A stretch of 64,000 nt of DNA, taken from assembly GCF_000315625.1 (NCBI RefSeq), contig NW_005434557.1:157807-221806 (forward strand), in the 5' to 3' direction. The notes under the pieces are model-generated. The model searched no databases. It saw only the letters and a list, made by a program, of their open reading frames with translations, and was not told where the DNA came from. This DNA comes from Guillardia theta CCMP2712 (lineage: Eukaryota > Protista > Cryptophyta). Below, piece after piece: positions 47,373-64,000 of the stretch. The position numbers were made by a program, and so were the translations under genes. Every line of letters begins with the position of its first letter. The first letter of the stretch is position 1.

Positions 47373-48780
47373 TCAATCTTTGCACAACTTTAAAATGCCC
47401 ACAATATCCTCCTCCGCCAGCTCCCGGTACTCTCCCACCCTCAGCACCTGTCCTGACTCCACTGCCCTCCGGGTGCTCCCCGGCTGTTGACGCGCATCCC
47501 TCGCGGCAGTCCCCTCCCCGTTGCCCTCCTCCCCTTCCCTCAGGTTCCCCTCCTGCTCGCACGGCCCGGCGATGGAGCCGATCCGAGTACGTATGAGTCG
47601 AAGGACGGTAAATCCGATCCCCTTGAAAAGTTTGCGGACTTCCCTGCTGCACGTCAGGGGCGGAGAGGAAAGGGCGGAGGAGAGGACCTGTTCTTTCCCT
47701 CCGTCAAGATCACTTCCATCCAGTGCGTGTTGTCCTCGGCTCCATGTTCTATCCTCCGAGCGCTGGCACATGACAGCACGTCCTTGTTCTTGCATTGCGG
47801 AGTTCACACCCTTCAACTCCTCCCCCAGTTCGCAACTACCTGCAGCGCGATCCCCTTCACCAGACTCGCCAGCTGCTCGTCACTTGGGCCCTCCGGGTAC
47901 TTGAAGCTCCGCACGAGAGCCTGAGGGACATTAGGAGGGAGAGGAGGAGGAGAGCCTTACAAGGTAGGTCTTGGGCATCTGGTACTGGGGTGACGTCAGC
48001 AGCTTGATGAGGGAGCCGTCGTTGGTCAGCACGATGAGTCCCTCGGAGTCGAAGTCCAGTCGTCCTGCAGGAGAGACTCTCGGGTTGGAGGGGACCAGGT
48101 CTATCACGGTCCCAAACTCTTCCGCCTTGCTCAGCTCTCCTTTAGTAGCGTTCCCGCCGATGGTGCACGAGGAGAGGACCTGGGTGAGTTCAGCCCGCGG
48201 GGTCAGCAGCAAGGGCTCCGACCTTTCTCGGCTTGTTTCTGCAAGCTACTGTCAGACGCCAGTAATGCAAGCGTGCAAGAGGGGAGAGGGATCAAGAGAA
48301 GGAGCGAGGGTTTGATGAAGGCGTCGGGGAGGCTCACAGGAGATAGGAGACGATCTTCTGCCGAGGAGGGAGGCGCCTGCCATGAACCAGGACCTCGTCG
48401 CTCTCGCTAACAAGGTCTCCGCACCTCGCTTGCTCGCCGTTGACGCGCACATGGCCCTCGCTAGCCACCTTCCATGCTTCCTTGTAGGTGTACAGGCCCG
48501 AAAGGGCCACATGCTTCTCGACGGGGAGGACGTCTCGTCGATAGTCTACAAACCTGACGGACGTGAAGTCCTTGGACGAAGTCTCTTCCATGCTCAGCGA
48601 TGCTCCTCTACCTCCTGCACGAGAGGAGCCCCGCCGATCGCAGGCAGGGACAACGGGGGCGAACGGAGGCCTAGCGTCCCTTGCGCCGGAGGAGGAGAAT
48701 CTCTGTTCAAGGGGTCGAGGGAGACGGCAAGTCGTGCTCAGCAAGAGGAGGCATGAGGAAGTCAGGAGAGCGTCAGAGGT

Positions 48781-48815
<35 letters not shown>

Positions 48816-48843
48816 GCGGGAGCGACAGGGCAGGTCCGGCCAT
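47373..48843 (-). CDS. RsuA/RluB/E/F-family rRNA pseudouridine synthase with S4 domain and signal-type leader (probably plastid-targeted)
   Basis: GHVRVNG (S4), AGRLDFDSEGLIVLTNDG (catalytic Asp), KTYLV, EGKNR|VRKLF..IGFTVLRLIRTRIG; poly-Leu N-terminus. Confidence 0.88.
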
Positions 48844-49394
48844 GCTGCATGCTTGTAGTCTCGCCCCCGACGTCGTTCTGAGGCGGGTGGGGAATATAAG
48901 ATGCGCCCTCTTGTGCGATGCGGGAGGAAGCGAAGGGGGCGGAGGGGAGGGGAGGGGAGGAGGAGAAGGAGAAGGAGAAGGAGAAGGAGAAGGAGAAGGA
49001 GGAGAAGGAGAAGGAGAGAAGGGAAACATACGAGGTGAGAGATCAGGAGATTGAGGGGAAAAGATCAAACTATTGCAAGAGAACTACAGGAGGGGGGGGG
49101 GGGGGGGGTAAGGAGAGAAGAGGAGCGACAAGGTTTTGAGTGAAGAGATGGACTGAAGGGACGCACAGAATACGCTGAGAATGGAAGATCGGTGAGATGG
49201 GAGACGATAGCAGGACGATAGCAGGACGATAGCAGGACGATAGCAGGACGATAGCAGGACGATAGCAGGAGGATGGCAGGGATGGCAGGGAACGATCAAA
49301 GAATCCAGCAATCCTTGTGCATGTCACAAGCATCAGAGCAGCGCACTTCCTTCTCTGCAGCTTCTCCTGATCCCACCATGACAGGCTAGAGGCC

Positions 49395-53545
<4,151 letters not shown>

Positions 53546-53667
53546 AGCTGATCAGCGGGAAACCGAGGACATCTCCTGATAGCCAACTGAATCTCCTCAT
53601 GGTCAAAACAAGAATTTTCCCTCCTTCATACTCAACACGCTGGTCGACCGATCGCTTACACGAGGTT

Positions 53668-54378
53668 TCACTGCCGTTTCGCTGCCGCCTCCTTTGCAAG
53701 CTCCCGCTCAATCAGCTCCTCGAACGAGAGCTTGCCCCCTGAGCAGAGCTGCGCGTCTGCCCCGACGTTGGACCTCCGCTCCTGCTTCGCCACTTGCATG
53801 CTCTCGAATTCCCTGGGGATCTCGTCGTTCCACTCGCTCAGCATCGGATTGACGGGGCTGTAGTTGAGGAAGATGCGATACTGGTAGGGGAGCGTTGGTA
53901 TGGACGGCATGAACTTGGCTATGTTCAAGTCGCCGAACAACTCCTGGAGGAGCTCATAGTTCTCTGCTATCGTGGTCAGCAGCACCTTCCCGCCCTGCCG
54001 AAGACAGAAGCGAACGGCCGTTGCGTACTTTCTCCAGACGTCCTCGGTGATGAAAGGAGGGTCGACCACGACCGCGTCGAAACAGCCCTGCATGCTCTGA
54101 GGGATGCCTTCAGGGTGATTGAAGTCGTAGAAGCAGAACCCTTCCTCGCTCTCCCACTGCCGGTCATAGTCAAAGAGGGCATCTCCCTGCCTACTCTGTT
54201 GCCCCCATCGCTTTCTCCCAGGTTTCATGGAGAAGAAGATGGAAGGGGTGGAGAGGAACGCAACGCTTTCTCCGGCCTCTGCTGCTTCGTCTGCAAGCGC
54301 ATTGATCGTTCTCTTGCTGTACCAGTATTGGTTCAGATCCGCCTCCTCCTTCGTGTTCTTCAAGAATTCTTCAGCCAT
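53668..54378 (-). CDS. EEF1AKMT1: EEF1A lysine methyltransferase 1 (N6AMT2/Efm5), intronless
   Basis: EEADLNQYWYS, VAFLSTPS, FDYD, FYDFNHP, VVVDPPF. Confidence 0.88.
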   Translation of the reverse strand: MAEEFLKNTKEEADLNQYWYSKRTINALADEAAEAGESVAFLSTPSIFFSMKPGRKRWGQQSRQGDALFDYDRQWESEEGFCFYDFNHPEGIPQSMQGCFDAVVVDPPFITEDVWRKYATAVRFCLRQGGKVLLTTIAENYELLQELFGDLNIAKFMPSIPTLPYQYRIFLNYSPVNPMLSEWNDEIPREFESMQVAKQERRSNVGADAQLCSGGKLSFEELIERELAKEAAAKRQ

Positions 54379-54843
54379 CTCCCCACACAATGACGAAGAG
54401 CAAAGTGGCACAAGTTAATCGTATCCTTCAAGGCCTCAACTGTCGGACACACTTCATGCACTTGAATAGTGTAGTGTACCCACAGCGATCTTCCCCTTGC
54501 GATCTCCTCTCCTCTCCGCACCGCTCCTCTCCTCTCCTCTCTTCTCCTCTCCTCTCCTCTCCTCTTCCTTCAAAGCTCCAAGCGATTCTGTTCTCCCATT
54601 CCCGCCACACTTGAAAAGTTGGACTACCCTACCCCCACTCATACAACCCCTTCTCCCCTCATAAAACCCCTACCACCTCTGCTATCTATAGGGTAACCCC
54701 ACCTGACCCCTCGTTTCCGGAAAATATTCCACAGTTACCCCTACTTTTCCCTCCCTTCAACGCTAATAATGACCCCTACATCAGTACCACTACCCCATCT
54801 CTACCGCGCAGGGGGCGAGGTTGGCTGGAACGAGAAGGTCGCA

Positions 54844-56535
54844 ATGCTGCGAGCGAAGTTGTTTGTTGGGGGGAGGAGCTGCGATGCGGCGGGAGGGCAG
54901 GAGCTGAACATAGTGAACCCAGCAGACGAGACTCTTCTTGGTGTAGCCTCCTCTGCCACCAGAGAGGATGTGAACGCTGCTGTGGCGGCTGCCAAGGAAG
55001 CGCTGGAGTCCTGGGGATCAAGCTCTGGGAAGGAAAGAGCTGCCGTCTTGCGCGCCATCGCTGACTCGGTAGAGAAGCACAAGGACAGTCTGGCAGAGAA
55101 AGAGGCTCTTAATGCAGGGAAACCGATACAAGAAGCGGCGTGGGACATGGATGATGTGGCTGCTTGCTTCAGACATCATGCAGGCCTCGCTGAGGCGTTG
55201 GAGGAGAGGCAGGGGAAGGTTGTCGATGTTGGCATGCAGGAGTTCTCGGTCAGGATGTTCTGGGAGCCCGTCGGTGTCGTTGGTCTGATCGTCCCATGGA
55301 ACTACCCGCTCCTCATGGCCGCATGGAAAGTCGCGGCTGCTCTCGCAGCTGGCTGCACCATCGTTCTCAAGCCCTCGGAGCTCACGCCTTTCACCGCGTA
55401 CGATCTGGCGGTCTATGCCTTTCAGGAAGCGAAGCTGCCTGCTGGTGTCTTGAACGTCCTCCCTGGTCTGGGCCCGGACTGCGGGGGTCCGCTCTCAGAG
55501 CACCCGGACGTGGAGAAGATCGCCTTCACTGGGTCTGTTCCCACGGGGTCGAGGATCATGGCGGCGTGCGCGCGGGACATCCGGAACGTGTCGTTGGAGC
55601 TGGGAGGAAAGTCTCCTATCGTTGTGTTCGAGGACGCAGATGTTGAGAAGGCTGTGGAGTGGATCATGTTCGGGATCTTCTGGACCAACGGGCAGATATG
55701 CTCAGCCACCTCCCGCGCCATCATCCATGAGGACATCGCTCCTCGCGTCTTCGCGAGGCTCAAGCAGGAGGCGGAGAAGGTGCAGGCGTGCCATCCGCTG
55801 ACCCTCCGAGCGACAAGGTCGCCTACATCGGTCCGATCATCTGCAAGAGTCAGTACGACAAGGTGCTTAACTACATAGAGTCCGGCAAGCAGGAGGGAGC
55901 AACGCTGCTGTGCGGCGGGGGCAGGCCGGAGAACGTTGCGAACAAGGGATTCTACATCGCCCCGACAGTGTTCACCAACGTCCAGCCATCCATGCGCATA
56001 TGGAAGGAGGAGATCTTTGGGCCAGTGCTGGCTGCTACTACCTTCAAGACAGAAGCCGAAGCTATCGCACTGGCGAATGACACATGGGCTGGGCTTGCCT
56101 CGGCAGGTTCTCCCCTGCTTTGGTCGTGTGAGAAGTAGTAGCTGCCTGACGCTGTTTGTCCTCCAGTCCTCACTGCCGATCAAGACCGCTCCATGCGCAT
56201 GGCAAGGAAGTTCAAGTGTGGGATCGTTTGGGTTAACTGCAGCCAGCCGTGCTTCTGCCAGGTTGCTCTCTCCCCCAGGTCACTCCCAGCCTCTCTGATG
56301 TGTGGCACAGGTTCCATGGGGAGGCGTGCGGAAGAGTGGGTTCGGCAGAGACAACGGAGAGTACGGCCTCGAGTCCTTCCTGGAAGCCAAGCAGGTGAGA
56401 TCCTACTACGATCGCGCGAGTTTGAAATTTCTTGTTCAGGTCACGGAGTACAAGTCGTCAGAGCCCTGGGGTTGGTACATGCCACCCGGTTTCACTCGTC
56501 CTGCAGAGCAGCCGAAGCCAGAGTCAAAACTTTAG
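54844..56535 (+). CDS. ALDH10: Betaine/aminoaldehyde dehydrogenase (ALDH10) with PTS1; apparent 1-nt frameshift at ~55800
   Basis: [75 protein letters not shown]-terminal SKL*. Confidence 0.9.
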
Positions 56536-58192
56536 ACTGCGACGCGGGATGAACGTCCCTGCCCAGCTTGAATTCACGCCGGCCGCCTCAGGTTGCCAGC
56601 CCGGGCAATGCAGTCAGACGGCCTTCACGGTGGCTGCTGCCGCCGACTCTGCCGGGAGCCGGCGTGACATTAAGCCTAGCGGCCTCGGAGGGGAGTCCCG
56701 AGGTTCAGCCACCGTGAAGGCTTGGCTGAGTCTCAAGTTTGAAACGGCGTCTGTGTGTCTCTTTCAAGTTGGGCGGCCGGGCCGAACAAAGATCCGCATA
56801 ACCTGATTGGAACTTTTTGAAGCCCGGGCCGGCCCTGTCGCCCGGGCCCGCGATGATGGTACCACCGTTCAGTACTGCGGCGGCTTCGGCGGTCCCGGCC
56901 CGGCGGGAATTTGCCGCCGGGGCACTGTGACCCCGGCCGTGACCCTGTCAGGCTGACTCGCCGCGGCGCCGGTTGCCGCCTCGCCGTGAGATCATCGCCG
57001 GGACGCGGCGACGCCCGGCCGTGACGCCGCCCGGCCAGGATAGGCCCAGCCTGCGGAGCCTCGCTCGGAGGCTCACACGGTCACCCGGGGTGCCGTCCGG
57101 AGGCCGCTGACTCTGTGAGTACTACCGCTTGCTGAGCCGAGGCTAGTAAATCGCCCTTCGGCCAACGCCGCCGAATTGCTCCGGGACCGTTGAACTTGTC
57201 AGTGAGAGTCCGATACGGAACTTAGTTCAACTCAGTGACTGGGCGCCGGGGCACTGCAGCCTGTCAAGTTCCGTCACAAGTTCACTGAGTCAGTGGCATC
57301 ATCCGCCGCCGCCGGCCGCCGGCGGGCTGCCGGCGGCGCGGTCGGGCCCGGGCCGGCACTGTGGCAGTCACGGTACTAGGGCGGAGGCTGGCCGCAAGTT
57401 CACGGTTCGCCGGGAGGCCGGGCCTACTACCGACTCGGGATCTGATGATTGATCTGTACTGGCCAGTGACCGTACTCTCACTGTACCGTCCGAAAATCAT
57501 CGAGGTAAATCAATAAAATGACTTAGAAATCATCGAGGTAAATATGTAACCTAAAAAAACTCCGGAAATAGAGCTCGTACTACCCCACCATGTTTCCCCC
57601 AGAGTTCTAAATCGAATATTTGACCCCTACCTATAACTTTACATGATCCACCCCTATGATGATGTAATTGACTCTATTACACCCCCAACAAAGGACAACC
57701 TCCATAACATATGTACCATAGCTAAGATTTATTTCAGCAAAGATCCAATAGATTGACCGCAACCTTTTAATTCTCCATCCCATTATCCACCCTCACCCCA
57801 TGTTTAATTCCAGTACCCCTCATAATTCCTAATGACCCCTCCCATTTCAGTACCCCAGTGTCCCACCCTCCCCGAACCTTCTTGATAAAAAGCTCCTCCT
57901 CTCCGGTCTCTCCCATACAGGCAGGTAGACGCCAGTCACTGTACACGTCACGATGATGTTGCCTGCTTCCTACTCGCTCCCCTGCTCTCATACCTTGTGA
58001 AACGATCACTGGTGCTGTTCATTTGCTTGCTAAGTTTCCTCGTTGTCTCTTGGTTGTTATATGGTTTCATTTTTTCGTTTTGATCATTCCTCCCTATCAT
58101 TGCTCCTCTTCTTTCCTCCTCTTCTGGTCTCAGACTTGATGTGGCATTGATACTTGAAGGTGTAATAGTTACTGATCGTTTCCTCAGCAGAA

Positions 58193-58363
58193 ATGTTCTC
58201 CCTTCTCTTCGATCTTGAGGATTACGCCACCACCTACCGCGCCACCCGCGATGCCTACTTGAAGGCTGCCAACGAGCTCAAGCTCGCCACCGGCCCCTAC
58301 AAGGCTGCCCGTGACGCCTACGTCGCTGCCACCGCCACCTACACCAAGTCCCTCTACGAGTAA
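58193..58363 (+). CDS. 56-aa Ala/Tyr/Thr-rich helical peptide (candidate ejectisome ribbon protein)
   Basis: MFSLLFDLEDYATTYRATRDAYLKAANELKLATGPYKAARDAYVAATATYTKSLYE*. No sense codon ends in A and most end in C/G, in AT-rich flanks. Acceptor cag 2 nt before the ATG. Confidence 0.8.
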   Translation: MFSLLFDLEDYATTYRATRDAYLKAANELKLATGPYKAARDAYVAATATYTKSLYE

Positions 58364-58682
58364 ACTGTGTAGATGTATTAAAGAATCAGAAACTATTCGA
58401 ACTTCAGCCCTCTTCTCATTGCATCAAGACATCATACATAGCATGTATTGTGCGTTGCCCATACGTTGAAACATAACTGAGAGACAAGCAAATTCTGGCT
58501 TGGTTTGTCTGTTTGTCATATGTAGTTGACGCAATGAGTATCAAAAGTTTTCGACCCTTATTAGTGAACAACCTGAGATGTCATTGCTTTTTATAACGTG
58601 AGTGTTTCATGGACTCTGCAGAGTCTGAGCATGCCTTTGAAAAAACTTATGAGTAAACTAACCAGGTGTAGTGTATTTGCAA

Positions 58683-58779
58683 AAGTTAGAATCTATTTCA
58701 ACTTGAATATTCGCACAAGTTAGAATCTATTTCAACTTGAATATTCGCACAAGTTAGAATCTATTTCAACTTGAATATT
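58683..58779. repeat. 34-bp tandem repeat x~3
   Basis: aagttagaatctatttcaacttgaatattcgcac at 58683, 58717 and 58751 (last copy partial). Confidence 0.9.
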
Positions 58780-58862
58780 TGTTCAACCTGATAGCTCATT
58801 GCACTAAGAGACACCTTTATGCATTTATGTTTATTGACTCCACATTCGAGGAGGCATACTTA

Positions 58863-61020
58863 CTAGAAGACATTCTTATGCCACAAGTTGTTCCGCTGGA
58901 GCTGACATCCTCCACTGTTGCGTATCCTTGAACGCCGGTGCTGTGTCAGACCTCGCTTTCTTGGCCTTCTTTCCGTCACTGCGCGGCGTCCGGCTGCGAG
59001 GCACATCACACGAGGAAAGGAAAGGCTCTCCTCTTGCTCTCTCACCTCCTCTTCTTCAGGCATGTCGAGGGAGTGGCAGGCAGCGACGACCCATGGCAGT
59101 AGGAGGAGAGCAGCAGTGTCGCCTGCAATGCCTGTTACGCGTCTTGAGGCGCCAACCACAAGCCTCACCTCCTCCAAGTTGTCCGGCATGGTCTCCAGGC
59201 ATGGCGACTTGTTCCCATAGCTCGACGACAGGCCCAGCAGCGCGTTCACCTGCGCAGAGTCAGGCAACATCGGGGAGCCAGAGGAGCTTCTGACCGCATC
59301 CAGGTCGTCCCTCTCGCACTCGCTGGGGACCTCCACACGCAGGGACGCCGTCCCATTCCTCTTGAGACTGCCGCTCTTGCGAACACTTGACTCGTCGATG
59401 CTGGCGCTCCATGCAGAGATGTCCGACCCGTCGATCATATCTACATTCAGTGTCAACCTACAGCCGTTGGGATCCCCTAACTCTCACTTTGCGGCAGCTG
59501 AAAGTTGAAGGGTCTAGCTCGATTCACGTCCTCAGCCAGCTTAGGCGGCAAATCCTGAAAGTCCGTCATACACACTCCAGCTCCACACGCATAGAACGCA
59601 CCATCTCATTGTTGACAAGCTTCCTTCTGATCGTTGAGTTCCACCTGTTCTTGATCGCGTTGTCTGTCCGGCCTAACACACCAGCATCAGCAGCGTCCAC
59701 AGCAAAGATCTCCGATGAACTCACCAGGAATCATCTTGGAGATTTCAGCCCATCGATTTCCATGGATCTCGATGCACTATGTCAGCACAACGGGGCCATC
59801 CCTCTGCAACAGCTCCTCACCAAGTGCGCTTCCACGAGCTTCAGATCTTCCCAGGTCGACCATGCTTCCTTGACGATGTCTGCATGAAAATCATTCCTTG
59901 CACGCACATGCACTTTTCGGCTACCTGGATTGAGATGGTTGTGCCAGCGTTCCCGGCATTGCTTCCCCTTACGCCCTTCAAGTACCCACCACCGTCAGAC
60001 CAGGTCAGCAAGGCAGGAGCATCAACCTGGAAGAACAAGAGCGATCCTGGCCCACTGTTTCGTCCCATACATGGAGACATACTTGATCACAAGCTCATCC
60101 TCCTGCCCCTTGCTTGTCAGACTAATCATGTACCCAGCTTCCATCCTCTCTAACCTCCTTCGTCCATTGCCCCTTCACATAGCCTCCCTTGAGATTGCCT
60201 ACTCGTCCTAGCCCATCAGAAGCAATGGGAAGAGAGTCCGAGCTCGAGTCGTCATGATCAAACTTCTCCGAGGACTCGTCGTTGCTGTCAGCAAAGTCAA
60301 TCCCACAAACTGCAATATCAGCGGACGGAATCACTTGTCTCCCGTGTGCATGCTCAGCGGTTTCTCCTCCTTCACGGATGATTTGGGTGCATTCGCGTCA
60401 CAGTTCTCCCCATAGCTCTTGTCCATCTCCATGCCGGCGGCACCATCGTCGGCCCCAGAGAACAAGGTAGACCATGATTTCTTGGGTTGGAACGGCAGAG
60501 GACTCTCAGACTCAGTCGCGCCCTTCGTTACAGGCCGCGGTGGCGTGGCGAGGCTTGCAATGAGCACACTGGACTTGTTCCCAGCCTTGGAGGACTCCTT
60601 GCATGCTATCATGGTCTCTCGAGACTCTGGAAGCACACACGTGCTGACCTGTTTGCCCTTATTTGCTTGTCGAAGCCTTTCCTTCCCGTGATGCACATCA
60701 GCAGCAGAGACATCGGCATCCTCTGCCTTGTTCGTGGAGATAGAATTCGATTCCTCCTCTGCCGATCCGGAGCTCTCATCTTTTCCCCGGTCCCCATGGA
60801 CGTCCATACCAGGAATGGCGCCAATTTCTCTCCCCACCTCACTGCACTCGATTCTCTCATCTCGGGAAAGCGAAAAGTCATGGGAGCCCACAACAGCCTC
60901 GTGAACTTGATCATGATCTTCGCTCCTAGCTGCCGCCCCCTCCTCAATCTCCATCTTCTTCTCCTCCCCTTCCTCGTTCAGCCTACCTCGCGCCATGGCG
61001 GTTGGTTGGTTCACACCCAT
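58863..61020 (-). CDS. R2R3-Myb transcription factor; multi-exon
   Basis: VKGQWTKE|EDELVIKYV..YGTKQWARIA..LPG, RKGKQCRERWHNHLNP, KEAWSTWED, GNRWAEISKMIPG|RTDNAIKNRWNST. Confidence 0.92.
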
Positions 61021-62451
61021 ACCACCCCCACCCCCAATCGGAATCTAGTACCACCCCTATTTCCCTAACTACCCCTGAGCCCCTTCAGCCCTATAACACG
61101 TCTCTCCCCACCCACCCCTCCCCCTCCCCCCAAGGTGCCCACCTTGTCCGCACCCGTGCCTTGTACCCCACCCCCTTGTTCTCCCAACCACAAACCTTAT
61201 CTCCCACCCTCACCCCTCCTTATCCTTTGCGAGAATAGCTACACCCCTATAAATTATTACCCTACTCCATAGTTTACATGAAAGTACCCACCATGTGTCA
61301 AGCTGGACTACCACAGAACAATTACCCCCACCTACTCAAGAATTTACCACCCCTTGGATTCTGATCTCATGTGCACACCACCCCCTGTACAGTAGATGCC
61401 ACCAAACCCTGGCAACAACATGGTTTTTTTTCGATTTCGTACCGCACTGAACAGATTTTAATCGATCCAACATATGTCATGGGCCCTGAGTTTACTCAAT
61501 AATTTGATTTTTATCATCAAAATCAAAATAAACCACAAGTCAACATCCCATACCTCCACCCCTCCTCTCCCCTTGTCCTTCTGGGGTCCTCTAAAACAAA
61601 AGGTCGTGGGCAATGACCACCCCGCCTACAATAATCACATTGTTAGGACCCCCACCCCCATTTGGTACTGTTGTTGTACCCCTACAATTCGGTACGCTTT
61701 GTTCTACCTTCTAAAATACTAATAACCCGTTCTCTATGCAACCCTGCTTTACTACTGCGTCCCATACTGAACCACCCCACCTCATTACGCAATGTACCCC
61801 TACTTTTCCCTATGAATCACCCCCTCAGTGAGACACTTCATAGTACCCACCCTTTCCACCTGAACCCACCCATCTTGCTCTGGTTCCACTAGGGCTCAGC
61901 ATTCGTTACCCCACCCCCCTTTTCCCATTCTTCCACCCCACCCTTATCCCCCTGCACGCCCGCCCCGCGCCCTTCCCATCGAGTAGGGAAGAACCCAGGA
62001 TGATGGCTGACCAGTCACCTCCGATTTGACTAAAGATGACTTGTTGGAGGGTGGGTAGGGTGGACAGTATTGCACAAAGTAGGATATCTAGGGGGTAGGG
62101 GTAATTAAATCCCTCAAGGGATGCCTTGACTGACTAAGGGGGGTACTTATCTATAAGAATCCAGCAAGATTGGTGGTGGGGTACCTGCCAGAAGGAAACT
62201 TACTCCTGCGAGGAGGGTGGGGGTAGTCTAAGGAGGGGTCTTGTCCAAAAAAGAAAGCGGAACTACTAGAGGAGGGGGTAGGGGTTTCACCATTTGGAGG
62301 AGGTGTAGTAGGGTAGGGTGGGGTGATAGATTTCTTAATTAACTCATACAATAGGTGGGGTCCATATGGTAAGAAGAAGGGGTACACTGCATGTTTCGAT
62401 CATAGGGGGTGGGGGTGGGGGTCAGACGATCAGGCTTGATTGTTTGACAAG

Positions 62452-64000
62452 ATGGCGTCGTTGGCGATGGAGGCGAACGTTCAGGACGCGTTGCGCTCAT
62501 GGCACCCGCAGTTCCCCGAGGTGACGCTCATGAGAGGAGGAGGAGGATGTCGGACGATCCGTCGAGTTGAGTCCAAAGACTTTTATGCTCTCCTCATGGC
62601 ATCCGATTGTACTGTCACCTGGCCCGGGATCCTTTCGAATTGTGCCCACGAGGGTCCTGCATTCGGGTTTGAGTATCGTCAGCCCTGACAGCTGTGTAGT
62701 TGAGTTAGTTACAGTAGTGATTGAGTCAGGTTGATGAATTGCGAAGAGCCTTGGCACTGTACGGTAGGGAGGGTGTTGATCAGAGTTCCCTTAAGAGATC
62801 GTGAACACCGAAAGTTATGTGAGACAGTCAGGCAGTTGTTCTAAAGAGAGATGAGTGAGAGTTGTATGTGACAGAGCCCAGCGAGATAGATACCGACGTC
62901 GCAAGCAAGGATTGCATTTGTGATTGACGACCGTCCTGTAGCTATTCCAAGAAATCATCAACGCGGTTACACGAGCAGATGGGCCGTACCTCGATCTGCA
63001 GGTCAGCACAAGCATGCGTAGAGATGATGGGAGGGCTTCTAGCTCTGACAATGTCTGCAGGAGAACAAGAGCGTCGAAGGTGTCGCCTGATCGCCTTGAT
63101 GATCACTAACCAGGATACCATGTAGCCTACCAGACGTCCATTGGCCTCGCTCTTGGTCCTGACGCGAAAAACCCCAACCTGCGCCATTGCCAAGTCAGGT
63201 CATGGCAGATCTGAGGAGGGAGAGGAGGACACTGACTAGATCCTTGCAGGGAGGTCTCGGCGGGAGGCCCATCCTACATCGCTGGTCTCAGACCCGGGGA
63301 CCTGATTGTATCGATCAATGGGCAGGTCAGACGAGCGAGGAAGGGTCAGCCTGCGCACCTGAGCCTGTCTCACCATGCAGGCGATCGCTGTCGACACTTC
63401 TGTCCGCGAGATCCTGTGTGCCTCGGATCGGCACGGGGAGGAGTATGTGATCTCGGTGCGTTATGGTGGGAAAGAGCAGTGGCCCTCTGGGCTGAGCGCA
63501 GCCCTCAGTTTGTCCGAGGAGAGTCGACCCTCCAGTGCACAGTCGTCAGGATGCCATCCCGTCTCGTAGCCCAGGTGATGAGGAGAGGAGGTGACGCAGC
63601 TGGGCTGATGGTGGCAGGCGGAGCACATGTTCAACACCATGGCGCGGCACAAGGCCGACATTGCAAGCCAGGTATGAGGCTGCCTCGGGCCCAGCGCTTG
63701 TGAGCTGTTGCTACAAGACGAACCATCGGGAGCTTGCCATCACCTACCAGCGGATGGCAGAGGCTCAAGAGATGCTGATCTCTAGCCATGTACGTTTCTC
63801 ATGCTCGATGCCTGCTCCTGCTCCTGCTCCTGCTCCTCCTCCTCCTCGTCTTGTACAAGGAAGGGCCAAAAGTGGATGAACGTGCCATGCAGCTGCGCGA
63901 GGATGCTCACCTTTCCCGCCACATGCGAGAGATTCAGCGGCGCGTGCTCGACAACCTGACCCACATTTTGCGCGGGATCTCACCAGGTGCGATTGACCGC
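62452..64000 (+). CDS. PDZ-domain-containing protein, partial (runs off window)
   Basis: SIGLALG...V|EVSAGGPSYIAGLRPGDLIVSING (63250-63325) is a PDZ signature. Multi-exon, starting MASLAMEANVQ. Confidence 0.65.

Noticed and set aside
53794-54393. Long antisense ORFs (also 18980-19594, 41308-41799, 55422-56183)
   Set aside because: Shadow frames of high-GC3 genes on the opposite strand.
58683-58779. 34-bp repeat of CRISPR-like length
   Set aside because: Head-to-tail with no spacers; a simple tandem duplication.

Overview
Eukaryotic nuclear DNA, not prokaryotic. It is gene-dense, with many short (~50-150 nt) GT-AG introns often filled with microsatellites, and one 100-N scaffold gap. Intron size, bipartite-looking leaders and gene content suggest a cryptophyte alga of the Guillardia/Hanusia type (inference). 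About 20 genes can be reconstructed by hand-splicing: purple acid phosphatase, a DsbA/FrnE-like oxidoreductase, pyruvate dehydrogenase kinase, MOT2/MFSD5, NDUFA13, a divergent CBP/p300-type HAT, a fucosyltransferase-like protein, two alpha/beta hydrolases, an intronless bacterial-like ThiY/NMT1 protein, an RsuA-family pseudouridine synthase, a GARS-GART fusion, EEF1AKMT1, ALDH10, an R2R3-Myb and a PDZ protein. Highlights the ORF track misses: (1) the DsbA-like gene is a selenoprotein candidate, with an in-frame TGA in a U-P-W-C motif, a type II SECIS in the 3' UTR and a leader ending in LRGG; (2) two tiny, strongly codon-biased peptide genes (34 and 56 aa), the latter with a strict Tyr/Leu heptad, a candidate ejectisome ribbon protein; (3) an intron-containing Crypton tyrosine recombinase with an open frame but no catalytic Trp/Tyr; (4) a catalytically degenerate GARS domain fused to an intact GART; (5) two recurring classes of intergenic DNA, GGGGTA/TACCCC blocks and GC-rich scrambled palindrome blocks. 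Gene boundaries come from manual splicing and are approximate.
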